A stretch of 64,000 bases of DNA from assembly GCF_040938485.1 (NCBI RefSeq), contig NW_027271200.1, positions 992,001 to 1,056,000 on the forward strand, written 5' to 3'. Origin of the DNA: Diadema antillarum (lineage: Eukaryota). Below, in pieces: positions 63,563-64,000 of this stretch (position 1 is its first letter; every line of letters begins with the position of its first letter). The position numbers and the translations under genes are program-made. The notes beneath the pieces are model-generated. The model had not been told where the DNA came from. It was given only the letters and a program-made list of their open reading frames with translations, and searched no databases.

Positions 63563-64000
63563 TGGATTGGACATGCATTGTCCTTTGTATGATCAAGAAC
63601 GAACGGTCAAGTGCATAAATTCAGTTCTTTACTCTTATGGAATTCAATACTCGCGCGGGCATTAAGAATCCATGACGTTTATGCATGTATAGGTGATTAA
63701 TGTGTGTGCCTTAATGGCTCTGTTGTTACTTGAGTCAAACATGCCAAACAAACCAAAACACCGCACAAACAGTGTAGTACTAGGGTTATATCTTTTATCT
63801 TGGTTTGTAAGATTGTCCTTTGGGCAGGAATAAATGTATCTCTCTTGCATCATCACCATCATCTTGCCGGCTTGAGAAGATCAAGTTTACTACATTGCAA
63901 GCGCGATTTGACCTTTCCACGGTGATTCCACGAGGATTGAGAGAAAAAAAAGCGCTAAAGCTGGATATAGCACCACCCTTTCAGAAAGATGATATGAAAA

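Overview
Repeat-rich, intron-containing animal genomic DNA. A sea urchin or other echinoderm is inferred from the repeat types and long poly-G/C tracts, not proven. The window has three N-gaps. Four genes could be assembled by hand from splice sites and reading frame. (1) TMEM258/OST5 on the minus strand (coding 30105-26919), with a U12-type minor intron and introns in its 3' UTR. (2) A diverged TMEM258-like tandem paralogue about 7 kb downstream (19864-18757), invisible in the ORF track as a whole gene, that keeps the same U12 intron. (3) A 17-coding-exon KIAA2012-like gene on the plus strand (32623-48094, about 1327 aa), head-to-head with TMEM258. (4) A 3-exon, 193-aa PhnZ/TmpB-type HD-domain diiron oxygenase (56557-60778) with the metal and phosphonate ligands apparently intact, followed by a frameshifted relic of a second copy. 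The most interesting item is gene 4, a spliced animal version of a microbial C-P-bond-cleaving enzyme. The rest is non-autonomous elements: Kolobok-, piggyBac-, Harbinger- and Tc1/pogo-type MITEs, a CAG..CTG family with 5-bp TSDs, Helentron-associated HINEs, tRNA-SINEs, microsatellites and a few decayed coding-like tracts. Family assignments rest on remembered motifs; no database search was run.
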